A stretch of 64,000 nt of DNA, taken from Candidatus Aminicenantes bacterium (lineage in GTDB: Bacteria; Acidobacteriota; Aminicenantia; Aminicenantales; JAFGBC01). Position 1 is the first letter of the stretch. Every line of letters starts with the position of its first letter. Where the stretch lies: the NCBI GenBank assembly GCA_963702005.1, contig OY969696.1, forward strand, positions 3,968,001-4,032,000, read 5' to 3'. Shown here in pieces: positions 17,099-26,253 of the stretch. The position numbers and the translations under genes were made by a program. The notes beneath the pieces were generated by a model. That model saw only the letters and a list, made by a program, of their open reading frames with translations, ran no database searches and was not told the origin of the DNA.

Positions 17099-19375
17099 TC
17101 AGAGGACCAGCGCGTAGCCGACCTTAAAGAAAAAGGTCCGGCCGGTCCGGGTCAAGTCCACGTCGCGCGTCCCCAATGAATTATCCGAGTAGCCGAGGAA
17201 GAGCACCGTCTGAGCGTTCAGCTTGTAGGAGAAAAGAAACTGGGTGAAGAGCCCGCGCGATCTTGACTCCACCGGCTCGTTGTAGAGGGCCGGATCTCGG
17301 TCAACGTCGCGGAATTGGGCGATCGCCCGGAGGAAACAGCGCGTGTTGACATTGTAGATCAAGCGGCCCTGAAGGAGGTGAGCCGTATAGATCCGTCCTT
17401 CGTCGCGCGAGAGGCGCTCCAGGTAATAGGAGGCGTTGAAGTTGATGTGGCGCCCCAGGCCAAATTCGGCGTTGGGACCGAATCGAACGGCCAGGGCGGG
17501 CCGGGCATTGGCATAGTCGACCGCCCCGGCCAGGTCGCCCTCCAAACCGAGGCTGAGACCCGAAGCCGGCTTGATAACCCCCCCCAGAACCAAATCGCTG
17601 ACGTCGTAGAGCCGGCCCGAATAATACTCCTGATTCCAACGTCCGATGACCTGGAGCTGGCTCTGCCAGGGTCCCTCATACAGGCCGCCCAGCGCGACCC
17701 GGGAATCCGTCAAGCGGCCGGTATGATCGGCGATCCGGTATCCTCTCAGCCAGACGCGGATGCGGTCGAACCAGTTGCCGCTTTTTCCGCCGCCCCGCTT
17801 CCCATAGAAGAGGACGTCGGTTTCGAGGTCGATCGTCCGGGTGTCGACGCGCGGCACGAAGCCCGAGTCGGCCCTGAACCCCGGGTCGATCCCTTCGTAG
17901 GCCGCAATAAGCACTAAGTCCCGGGTCATGTGGACGTACTGGGCCATGAGGGCATTCCCCCCGAAGTTGCCCCGCTCCTGCCCCTGTTCGACGGCCAGGG
18001 CGAAGGGATAGCGGCTGTCCGAGCGGAGGAACTGGAAAATGACCTGATCGCTCTTGCCCAGGCGCAGAAAGCCGTCCAGGCCTCCGGTATGGTTATGGTA
18101 GTCGCCTCCGACGCGTCCGGCGTAGAGCGCGCCGAGCGTCGAGCCCCGGCCAAGGTCATAGCGGTATCGGAAGACGCCGCTCGTCACGTCCCTATCGAGC
18201 GACGCCGCGCCGCTTCCCTGATTGGAGGGAAAAAGGAGGTTGTTGATCCGGTCCTGGGCGGCGAAAAATCCGACCGCGCTGCGCCCGATCTTGCCGGTAA
18301 CCTTCGCTCCCCAATTCGGATCGGCCACGGTCCGGGTGAACACGGCTTGGAAGGGCGTCATGAAAAAGTCGCCCCCCTCCAGAAAGAAGGGCCTCTTTTC
18401 GGGATAGTAAAGGGCGAACCGGGTGTTGACATCGAGCTGGGCGACATCCGCCTCGACCTGGGAAAAATCGGGATTGGCAGTGGCGTTGAGCATCAGGTTG
18501 GGCGTAATCCCCCAGCGTGCCGTGAGCCCGGGATCGGCCTCGGCGCGTCCCGCCTCCATCGGGCCCGAGGGAAAATCGGACCGGGTGTCGCTGCGGTCCA
18601 CGGTCAAGGTCGGCGTGAACTGCATGTTGAGCCCCGGGGAGATCCCCTCGAAGCCGGTGATCTTGTTGAACTGGCAGATAAGGCAATTCCGGTCGCGGTC
18701 GCGGACGTGGGTGCTAATCCTGTGCCGGACGAGCCGGGGATAGGAACGATCGGCCTCGAATCCCCAAGTCTGGACACCGCCTCCCCTGGGAAAGCGAAGC
18801 TGGTTGAAGGGCACGGCCACTTCGACCGTGTACCCGAAATCCGTGATCGCGCCAGCCGATTCCCAGATCGCGTCCCAGGAAAAGTCCTCGTATTGGTCGA
18901 GCTCGCTGAACATGGCGTCGGCCTGCACGCCCAGAGGGTTGACGCGGAATTGGAAAGCCCGGCGCTCGTCGTTGAAGGTGTCCAGAATGAAGCTGACGTG
19001 GTCGTCCTGGATAAAAGTGTCGATGGCGTCGCGGTCCATCAGATGGGCCCGGATCTTGGCCGGCTCGGGGTCGAAACAGCGGAAGGCGATATAGAGCCGC
19101 GAATCGTCGAACGTCACCAGGCACTCGGTCTTGACCGGCGGCGGACAGTTCTCGCCGGGCATCCATTCATAGAGGATTTCAAGCCGGCCGGCATCCTTCC
19201 AAGCTTGTTCGTCGAGATTCCCGTCGACCCGGACAGGCGAGGAAGCGCGGGTCAGAGTCAGAGACTGAGGCGGGGGATATTTTCCGGGAGAATCTTGCGC
19301 GGCGCCCGCCGCGAGCGGGACGGCGAGCAGCAAGCCGGCCAAGATGAGTGCGATCGGTCTTCCGGCGATATTCAT
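17099..19375 (-). CDS. CBM9-like + DUF5916 outer-membrane/secreted protein
   Basis: VDGNLDEQAW, LDTFNDERRAFQFRVNPLGVQAD, NPDFSQVEAD, EKRPFFLEG. Confidence 0.88.
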   Translation of the reverse strand: MNIAGRPIALILAGLLLAVPLAAGAAQDSPGKYPPPQSLTLTRASSPVRVDGNLDEQAWKDAGRLEILYEWMPGENCPPPVKTECLVTFDDSRLYIAFRCFDPEPAKIRAHLMDRDAIDTFIQDDHVSFILDTFNDERRAFQFRVNPLGVQADAMFSELDQYEDFSWDAIWESAGAITDFGYTVEVAVPFNQLRFPRGGGVQTWGFEADRSYPRLVRHRISTHVRDRDRNCLICQFNKITGFEGISPGLNMQFTPTLTVDRSDTRSDFPSGPMEAGRAEADPGLTARWGITPNLMLNATANPDFSQVEADVAQLDVNTRFALYYPEKRPFFLEGGDFFMTPFQAVFTRTVADPNWGAKVTGKIGRSAVGFFAAQDRINNLLFPSNQGSGAASLDRDVTSGVFRYRYDLGRGSTLGALYAGRVGGDYHNHTGGLDGFLRLGKSDQVIFQFLRSDSRYPFALAVEQGQERGNFGGNALMAQYVHMTRDLVLIAAYEGIDPGFRADSGFVPRVDTRTIDLETDVLFYGKRGGGKSGNWFDRIRVWLRGYRIADHTGRLTDSRVALGGLYEGPWQSQLQVIGRWNQEYYSGRLYDVSDLVLGGVIKPASGLSLGLEGDLAGAVDYANARPALAVRFGPNAEFGLGRHINFNASYYLERLSRDEGRIYTAHLLQGRLIYNVNTRCFLRAIAQFRDVDRDPALYNEPVESRSRGLFTQFLFSYKLNAQTVLFLGYSDNSLGTRDVDLTRTGRTFFFKVGYALVL

Positions 19376-19581
19376 AAGGGCTCCTTTCGAACTTCATGAT
19401 GATCGGCGAGACGTCAAAATGGGCGGCTGGATAATAGGCCATCCGTCTCAATAATATTACGGCCTGAAGGAGCCTTTTGTTTCAGGCCAGCCCCCGATTT
19501 TTAAATAGGCGCGAGCCGCCGGCCAGACCGCTAGTTTTCGGTCTGTTGTAGCCGCGCGGACGGTTTTAAGGCCTACGACAG

Positions 19582-20895
19582 TTATTGATTCTTAGCCGCT
19601 TGCGCCGCCCTTAAAATCATCCGCCGCAACATCTCTTCGGGCTTCTGGGCCGCCGTGGCCGAGCCGGGAAGGGAGAACAGGTTGTAGGTGCCGGCGGGCA
19701 GCGTAAAACGGTAGACGCCCTTGGTATTCGTCGCGCCGACCATGAAATTCAAACCCAAGAGGTCGATATTCAGCGGGGCGGTCGGGTTGAAGGCGGTGAT
19801 GATAGCGGACATGGCTTTGCTCTTGGCGTCGGTGATTTTTCCCGTGACGACGAATCCGTTCTTGGCGACCAGGGCCAGCGTCTTGGCGGCCGCGGGCATC
19901 GTCAGGTCGAAGCTGGTCACGGTCGCTTTCCCGGTATAGGTGTTCATCACGAATCCGATCGGCACGAACACGAGCATATAGCTTCCCGCCGGGATGAAAG
20001 TGGTCTTCGAGTTCAGCCCGGTCAGTACCCCGAAGCTTCCCTTAAGGACGACCGTCTCCTGGATGTCCCAGCCCTTGAACGTCCCGCTCTTGGGAATGAT
20101 GAACAGAATGCCGTCCAGCCCCTTGCCGGCGGCGTCCTTGACCGTGCCCGACAGGCTGTAGCCGCCCTTGAGCATGACCAGGTTCTTGACGGTGTCCTTG
20201 CTGATATTGACCGAGTCCGTCTTAGGCAGCATCGGGACGTATTGTCCCATCATCGTGGAGCCCATGGCCCTCGACAGCAGCCGGTAGGATCCGGCCGGCA
20301 GGGCCGCCGCGTACTTGTTCAGGAGGAGCTGGCTCGTCCCGCCGACCTGGGCGATACCGACGGGCGTCAGGCTGGTCGGGGGGAAGATCTCGATGTAGGG
20401 CATGAAGATCATCAGCGTTCCGCTTCCCGCCGGAGGATCGACCTTCCCGCTCAGGATGAAGCCGTTTTGGAGGGTGATATCGCCGACGGCCGTGTCCTTG
20501 GTTATGCTGACCCCCAGCTGGATTTTCGACAGCAAGCGCGAGAACTTGGACGGATCCACCGACGCGCTGGCCGGGGGCGTGACGCCCAGATACTTGTTTC
20601 CGGCCTGTACCGGGACCGAAAACTTCCCGGAGGCGTCGGCCACGCCGCTGAACCCGGAATACTGGTCGGTCGCGTCGCCGATGTAAACGCTCGCGCCCTT
20701 GACGACGGCCCCGGTCGGGCCTTTGATGGTCCCGGTCACGAAGTAGCCGTCCGGAAGCGTGATGTTGAGAGTCGTGTCAGCGCTGATTTTCTGACCCGTC
20801 TTGTGGTACTCGGTCGTCCGCGACTGGGCCGCGAAGACCGGGATGACGGCGAGGAACGCCAGGACGACGAAAAGCGCCACGATCTTTTTATTCAT
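19582..20895 (-). CDS. Secreted protein with carboxypeptidase-regulatory-like beta-sandwich repeats
   Basis: Signal peptide; repeated (V/L)(T/S)G(T/K)(I/V) and LPAGxY units. Confidence 0.7.
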   Translation of the reverse strand: MNKKIVALFVVLAFLAVIPVFAAQSRTTEYHKTGQKISADTTLNITLPDGYFVTGTIKGPTGAVVKGASVYIGDATDQYSGFSGVADASGKFSVPVQAGNKYLGVTPPASASVDPSKFSRLLSKIQLGVSITKDTAVGDITLQNGFILSGKVDPPAGSGTLMIFMPYIEIFPPTSLTPVGIAQVGGTSQLLLNKYAAALPAGSYRLLSRAMGSTMMGQYVPMLPKTDSVNISKDTVKNLVMLKGGYSLSGTVKDAAGKGLDGILFIIPKSGTFKGWDIQETVVLKGSFGVLTGLNSKTTFIPAGSYMLVFVPIGFVMNTYTGKATVTSFDLTMPAAAKTLALVAKNGFVVTGKITDAKSKAMSAIITAFNPTAPLNIDLLGLNFMVGATNTKGVYRFTLPAGTYNLFSLPGSATAAQKPEEMLRRMILRAAQAAKNQ

Positions 20896-21010
20896 TCCTT
20901 CCTCCTTGGCGGATTATCCGTCGGCGGCCATCCGCGGTCTGCCGGAAAAAAGGCCGTCTGACAGCGATCTCTATAATAGCCGAAAACCGTGATAAATCCA
21001 AATGGGATAA

Positions 21011-21162
21011 TCAACCCCTCGACTCCCCGGCATGAATGCCGGGGCTTGTTCGGGGTTAACCCTGAGCCCACTCAGCCCCATTCCTTCTAAAAGGGCTGAG
21101 TACAAAAGTGTCGCTTCTTATCCCCGCCTTTCAGGGCGGGGCAGCGTCGGCGAACGGGTCAA
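21011..21162. repeat. Multi-hairpin REP/MITE-like element
   Basis: Hairpins CCCCGGCAT/ATGCCGGGG, GGGTTAACCC, CTCAGCCC/GGGCTGAG and CCCCGCC/GGCGGGG; imperfect terminal inverted repeat. Confidence 0.6.
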
Positions 21163-21204
21163 GAGCGGATTGCCCCGGACGTCGGAAGGCCCTCGCCGTC
21201 GTTA

Positions 21205-22113
21205 TTAAAAGGCATAGCGCAGGCCGACCCCGAACTGGATCCGGCCCAGGCTGAGGTCGTTCCATTCGCCGGATGTCCTCTGTCCCGAAGCCTTGTCGAT
21301 CGACGTCCAGGACCCCTTGGCCCCGGCAATCATGAACCGGATTCCGCCCTCGAGAGCCAGGCGGTCGCCGAGCTCGTAATCCAGCCCGGCGCCGACGTAG
21401 AAGCCCAGTGCATTTTCGACCTTCTCCTCGCGCGTAATCCCCCGCCCGGCCCAGTCCTCCAGCGCGGCTGGATCGAGCTTGAACGAGGCGAGGTTATAGC
21501 CGAGCCCGGCCTCAGCAAACGGCGTGAGCGCTCCCTCCAAGGGGAAACGGAGGATAAAGCCCAGCTCCAGGGGAACGACGCTCAGCGTTCCCTCGCTCAG
21601 ACGCTCGGGATCCCCGCTGACGCCGGACTTCAGAGACGTCGCGCGAACGACGAGGCCGATCCGATCCGAGAGCGCGAGGGACAAGTCCGCGGAGAGGGCC
21701 AAGCCGGCGCCGAAGTTCTTCCCGGTCATGGAAGCGAGCCCGGCGCCGATTCCGGCCTCCAGCGCGATCCTTCGCCCCGCGCCTTGCGCCGTGGCCATCG
21801 CTGCTACGCCCGTTCCTTCGGCGACCTCTTCGACAACGCTCTTGTGGACATAGCCGGGCAGGGAATAGCCCTCGAGCTTCAAGGGGAGCCGGACAAGGTA
21901 CCAATCTCCCTCCTTGGCGTCAACCTGGAGAACGGCTCCTCGCTTGACCTGGCCGACGACTTCGCTCTTGAGGTCGGCCGAGGCCCGGACGTTGGCCCGG
22001 CGCGCCGTCACCCGGACCTTAAGCTCCTGGGCCTCGAGAATCGCCGCTCCGGACACAACAAGAATAACCGCCCCGAAAAAGACTTTCTTTGCGAGCGTCC
22101 TATTCCTTAACAT
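21205..22113 (-). CDS. SH3b domain + outer-membrane beta-barrel (OmpW/OmpA-like) protein
   Basis: ANVRA...GDWYLV...GYVH SH3b; C-terminal GLRYAF barrel signature. Confidence 0.8.
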   Translation of the reverse strand: MLRNRTLAKKVFFGAVILVVSGAAILEAQELKVRVTARRANVRASADLKSEVVGQVKRGAVLQVDAKEGDWYLVRLPLKLEGYSLPGYVHKSVVEEVAEGTGVAAMATAQGAGRRIALEAGIGAGLASMTGKNFGAGLALSADLSLALSDRIGLVVRATSLKSGVSGDPERLSEGTLSVVPLELGFILRFPLEGALTPFAEAGLGYNLASFKLDPAALEDWAGRGITREEKVENALGFYVGAGLDYELGDRLALEGGIRFMIAGAKGSWTSIDKASGQRTSGEWNDLSLGRIQFGVGLRYAF

Positions 22114-22179
22114 GGATCGAACCTTTCTTTTGAAATAGGGCCAATTATTATACCACCGCTGGACACGGAAGACGCACGC

Positions 22180-23253
22180 CTAAATAGACCGGCTTCGGCC
22201 GAGAAGGAGTCCGGCCAGGACGATAAGGGTTAAATAAGCGACGGCAAGGATGAAGAAGGCCCTGCTCGCGGAGAGCTCCATGCCGCCGACGGCATCCGGG
22301 CCCGGCTTCGGTAGGGGGATAGGGTCCCAGGGAAGGCCGTAGCGCCGGCAGAGCCCGCGGATGTTGAGAAGGTGGATGACGGGAACGCCCAGCGCCGACA
22401 TGGCCTGGATGACGCCGTTTCGGCCGGGCCGGTAAGGAAGCTTCGTCCGCGTCAAGCCCGGCTTCAGTTCCAGCACCGAGGCGTCCGTTCCCATATCGGC
22501 CCAGCTCCCCCCGATATTGACGAAGGCTTTTATCGCCAATCCCTCCGCTGCCCGCCGGTAGGCCGCGATCCGCGCTTCGACGTTTCGGGCGAGGTCGGGC
22601 TCCGCGATTCGGGGAATCCCGGTCCCTTCCATCTTCGCGAGGAGCAGCGCGCGGCCCTCTTCCGGAAGATCCTGCCCGTCGTCCCCTTCCCCGCCCAGCG
22701 AAACGGCGATCGGCGGATGGCTAAGAAGTCCCGCCGTTCTCAGACAGCCTTCCATCTCCAGCCAGCCGAATTCGGGCCGGTTGGCGCCCCACTGGGACGC
22801 GCCGAGCGATGCGATGACGAGCGGCCGCGCGCCCATGGCTTCGGCCGCGGACATGGTCGCGACGATGAGCCCGGGAAACGAGCTCGACGCGCCGACCGCG
22901 ATCGGGTCGCCTTTGCGAACGCCGGCTTCTTCGAGGAGGCGGACGAGGAGAGCCGCCCAAGCGGGATTCGCCGTCGTCCGCTTGGCCTCGAGGCTCCCCA
23001 GCGTCGTCGTGACGAGCGAATGCTCGATGCCGACAATCCCAGTCCGGTTGGGATCGGAGGCCTCATCGATGGAAAGGCCCCGGTCTTTTTCGCAGGCCCG
23101 CAGGGAGGAAAGGGACTTCTCCATGATCGCCGCGGCCCGGACCATGGTTGCCCGGGCTTCGCCTCCGGAAGCCGGCAGGCAAAATCTCTCGACGCCCCAA
23201 GCGAGGAGACTCAGCAGCGCCGCCGAATAGAGGAAGAGCTTACTATTTTTCAT
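22180..23253 (-). CDS. pgsW: Poly-gamma-glutamate system protein
   Basis: DPNRTGIVG, TTLGSLEAKRT, SSFPG, GASQWGAN, INIGG-like VNIGG; follows pgsBC. Confidence 0.85.
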   Translation of the reverse strand: MKNSKLFLYSAALLSLLAWGVERFCLPASGGEARATMVRAAAIMEKSLSSLRACEKDRGLSIDEASDPNRTGIVGIEHSLVTTTLGSLEAKRTTANPAWAALLVRLLEEAGVRKGDPIAVGASSSFPGLIVATMSAAEAMGARPLVIASLGASQWGANRPEFGWLEMEGCLRTAGLLSHPPIAVSLGGEGDDGQDLPEEGRALLLAKMEGTGIPRIAEPDLARNVEARIAAYRRAAEGLAIKAFVNIGGSWADMGTDASVLELKPGLTRTKLPYRPGRNGVIQAMSALGVPVIHLLNIRGLCRRYGLPWDPIPLPKPGPDAVGGMELSASRAFFILAVAYLTLIVLAGLLLGRSRSI

Positions 23254-23263
23254 CCTCTCTGTC

Positions 23264-23704
23264 TCAATGGATGAGGACCGTCCCCAATCGAACGATAAAA
23301 TAGGTCGCGATCGTGCATGTCGTCAGCCCGGCCAGGGTCGGAAGCGGTTTCTGGCGTCCGAGCTGGTTGGCGATGAGGCCGGGGATGACCCAGCCGACGA
23401 CGCGGAGCTCCGCCGGTCCGATCCCGAGCCGGGGCAGAAGGAGCGTCCCCGCCGCCGCCCAAGCCGCGCCGAGGAGAAGCATGACCGTGAAGCGGCGCCG
23501 TCCGAACAGAAGCAGATAGCGGCTGAGGAGCCGGTAGAGGCCGAGCGCCAGAAAGGCCGCGGCGAGCGTCAAGACCGCCCGTTCGGGACGGTTGAGGCTT
23601 AGCGCCAGATAGCCGGGAACGATGATCCCCCCCGGCCAAACGCCGCTGAACTCGATGAAAGCCAAGGCCACGACGATACCGACCAGAATCGTTTCAAGTG
23701 CCAT
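23264..23704 (-). CDS. pgsC: Poly-gamma-glutamate biosynthesis protein PgsC/CapC
   Basis: PGGIIVPGYLAL, LFGRRRF, VIPGLIAN. Confidence 0.92.
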   Translation of the reverse strand: MALETILVGIVVALAFIEFSGVWPGGIIVPGYLALSLNRPERAVLTLAAAFLALGLYRLLSRYLLLFGRRRFTVMLLLGAAWAAAGTLLLPRLGIGPAELRVVGWVIPGLIANQLGRQKPLPTLAGLTTCTIATYFIVRLGTVLIH

Positions 23705-24902
23705 GAGGATCTCCGATCGTTTCCCAATATCCGACCAGGGCGCTCCCTAGCCCGCCCATGTTCCCCATCCCGATGACGGCGGCGTTCCCGCGCGCCGCCC
23801 CGGCCGCCAGCCAGACCATGATCCGGGCCGGGTCGCTGTCGGTGGAGGCCCGCAGGTGCGGCCCTCGGCCCGAGGACAGCCCTTTTTTCAGCCTCCGCCA
23901 TGCCGCCCGGGCCGGCGGCCCGACCAGGACGATCTCGTGAAAGTCGGAAAGAAATCCGTCCCGAATGGAGGCCAGCCATTGGAGCGTTCTATCTCCCCTG
24001 TCTTCGCGCAGGCTGAGCACCCCGATCCGCGTTCGTCCCTCAAGGAGCTCGGTCGCGGCGAGCGCGTCCAGGACCCGGCGGGTGGAGTCGGGATCGTTGG
24101 CCGCGAAAGCGCTAACCAGAAGCCAGGCGCCCCCGGCGCCCGGGATTCCGGCGTCCCACAGCCTCAGGCTCCCGAAATCGGGTTGAGCCTTATCCATGCC
24201 GCGGACGGCCGTCCCGGCTGGAATTCCCAAGCGCTCCGCGACGGCCGCGGCCAGCCGGCGGTTCGCTTCGAACTCGAACGCCCCCGACGCCCCGGCCGGC
24301 CGGACCCCGTCCGCTGACGGCGGGACGGTCACGAGCTCGGCGCCGACCCTTGCGGCCTCCTCGCGGAACACGGACAGCTCCTCCTCCTCGGGAATCATGA
24401 CGGTCATTCCGGACACGAAAGAAGCCGCCAAGCTGCGGGCGATCTCGGCCTTGGTCCTTCCCTGGTCTTCGATGTGGTCGAGCCTGACGTTGCCGACGAC
24501 GAGAAGCTGAGGCCGAAGAATTCCGCGCGACTCGACGGCCAGGAGGTCCGGCCTGACGGCCATGAGCTCGGCGACCAAAGCCTCCGCATTTAGTTTCGCC
24601 CCGAGCCGGACGAGGCGTTTTTGCTCGAGGATCGAGGCCGGCCCCGGACGCTCGATCTCCCGCTCGACGCCGTCGGGAAGGATAAGGATGGGTTTGGAGC
24701 CCGTCGTCTTGGCCAGGGTTTTCGTCCCCGCTTCGCGAAGGGCGGCGGCGACGAGCCGGACCACACTCGACTTGCCCCGGGTTCCGGTGACGGCGATCCG
24801 GACCCGGATGCGGTCCCGGGCCCGATCGAGGCGGAGGCGCTCGATGAAAAGTAAGACGAGGCATCCCGCCAAAAGAAATCCGGCCGCGATTAATTCCCGC
24901 GT
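23694..24902 (-). CDS. pgsB: Poly-gamma-glutamate synthase PgsB/CapB
   Basis: GTRGKSSV, AKTTG, NVRLDH, AFAANDPDST, REDRGDRT; start uncertain (ACG at 24902 or TTG at 24872). Confidence 0.92.
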   Translation of the reverse strand, partial: TRELIAAGFLLAGCLVLLFIERLRLDRARDRIRVRIAVTGTRGKSSVVRLVAAALREAGTKTLAKTTGSKPILILPDGVEREIERPGPASILEQKRLVRLGAKLNAEALVAELMAVRPDLLAVESRGILRPQLLVVGNVRLDHIEDQGRTKAEIARSLAASFVSGMTVMIPEEEELSVFREEAARVGAELVTVPPSADGVRPAGASGAFEFEANRRLAAAVAERLGIPAGTAVRGMDKAQPDFGSLRLWDAGIPGAGGAWLLVSAFAANDPDSTRRVLDALAATELLEGRTRIGVLSLREDRGDRTLQWLASIRDGFLSDFHEIVLVGPPARAAWRRLKKGLSSGRGPHLRASTDSDPARIMVWLAAGAARGNAAVIGMGNMGGLGSALVGYWETIGDPHGT

Positions 24903-24963
24903 TGCAGCCTCCGATCTTCAGAAGACATTATAGACATCCTTAAGTTATAATGGCAACGAGGTC

Positions 24964-26226
24964 ATGAGGCTCCTCGACCGCCTGAAGACGCACGGGCCGC
25001 GCCGCGAGGCGCTGGCCGTCCTCCGTTACATCGGGCCGGGACTCCTGGTCACGGTCGGTTTCATCGACCCCGGCAATTGGGCTTCGAACATCGCGGCCGG
25101 CTCCCGCTTCGGTCTGTCCCTCCTCTGGGTCGTAACCCTCTCGACGGTCATGCTCCTCATCCTCCAGCACAACGCGGCCCATCTCGGCATCGCGACCGGC
25201 CTCTGCCTCTCGGAGGCGGCGACGCGGCACTTCAGCCCGCTCCCGTCCAAGATCGTCCTGGTGAGCGCCGTCCTGGCCGCGATCTCAACGGCCTTGGCCG
25301 AGATCCTGGGCGCGGCCATCGGGCTCCGGATGCTCGTCCCCGGCCTCCCCCTCGAAGTCGGGGCCTTCCTGTTCGCGGCCGCCTCCCTGATCATGCTCGT
25401 CACCAATTCCTACACCCATCTCGAGAAATGGATTATCGCCTTCGTTTCGCTCATCGGGATCGCGTTTCTGTTCGAGCTCCACCTCATCCGCGTTCCTTGG
25501 GGGGAGGTGGCCGCAGGCTGCGTCCGGCCCTCGCTTCCGGCCGGATCCCTTTTCGTTGTCATGAGCGTCCTGGGGGCCGTCGTCATGCCCCATAACCTCT
25601 TCCTTCACTCGGAGGTCATCCAGAGCCGCCGCTGGAACCTCGGCGACGAAAAGGTCATCCGCCGCCAGCTCAAGTTCGAGTTCACGGACACTCTGCTGTC
25701 CATGTCGGTCGGCTGGGCCATCAACAGCGCCCTGATCATCATCGCGGCCGCGACCTTCCTGGGACGGGGCCCGGTCCTGGAGCTGGAACAAGCCCAGCGG
25801 ATGCTCGCCCCGCTTCTGGGCCGGACGGCCGCCGTCGTCTTCGGGCTGGCCTTGATCCTGTCGGGCTTTTCGTCGTCGATCACGGCCGGGATGGCCGGAG
25901 GCACGATCTTCGCCGGGATGTTCGGCGAAACCTACGACATCAAGGACCTCCATTCGAGGGTCGGGGCCGTCGTGACCCTGGCGGCCGCCGCGCTCGCCGT
26001 TTTTATCATCGGAGACCCCTTCAAGGGGCTGCTCCTGTCCCAGATGCTCCTCAGCGTACAGCTCCCGATCACGATCGTCACACAGATCCGGCTGACCTCC
26101 TCGGCCAAGGTCATGGGGTCCTACGCGAATGCGCCTCTCCTCAAGGTCACGCTTTGGATCGTCGCGGCGGTCGTGATCGCGCTCAACCTGCTGTTATTGG
26201 CGACCGTCCTCGGGCTTCGGCGCTGA
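24964..26226 (+). CDS. mntH: Nramp-family divalent metal transporter
   Basis: DPGN and MPHNLFLHS motifs. Confidence 0.92.
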   Translation: MRLLDRLKTHGPRREALAVLRYIGPGLLVTVGFIDPGNWASNIAAGSRFGLSLLWVVTLSTVMLLILQHNAAHLGIATGLCLSEAATRHFSPLPSKIVLVSAVLAAISTALAEILGAAIGLRMLVPGLPLEVGAFLFAAASLIMLVTNSYTHLEKWIIAFVSLIGIAFLFELHLIRVPWGEVAAGCVRPSLPAGSLFVVMSVLGAVVMPHNLFLHSEVIQSRRWNLGDEKVIRRQLKFEFTDTLLSMSVGWAINSALIIIAAATFLGRGPVLELEQAQRMLAPLLGRTAAVVFGLALILSGFSSSITAGMAGGTIFAGMFGETYDIKDLHSRVGAVVTLAAAALAVFIIGDPFKGLLLSQMLLSVQLPITIVTQIRLTSSAKVMGSYANAPLLKVTLWIVAAVVIALNLLLLATVLGLRR

Positions 26227-26253
26227 GATCGGGCCCGGATTTCCCGGGATCCT

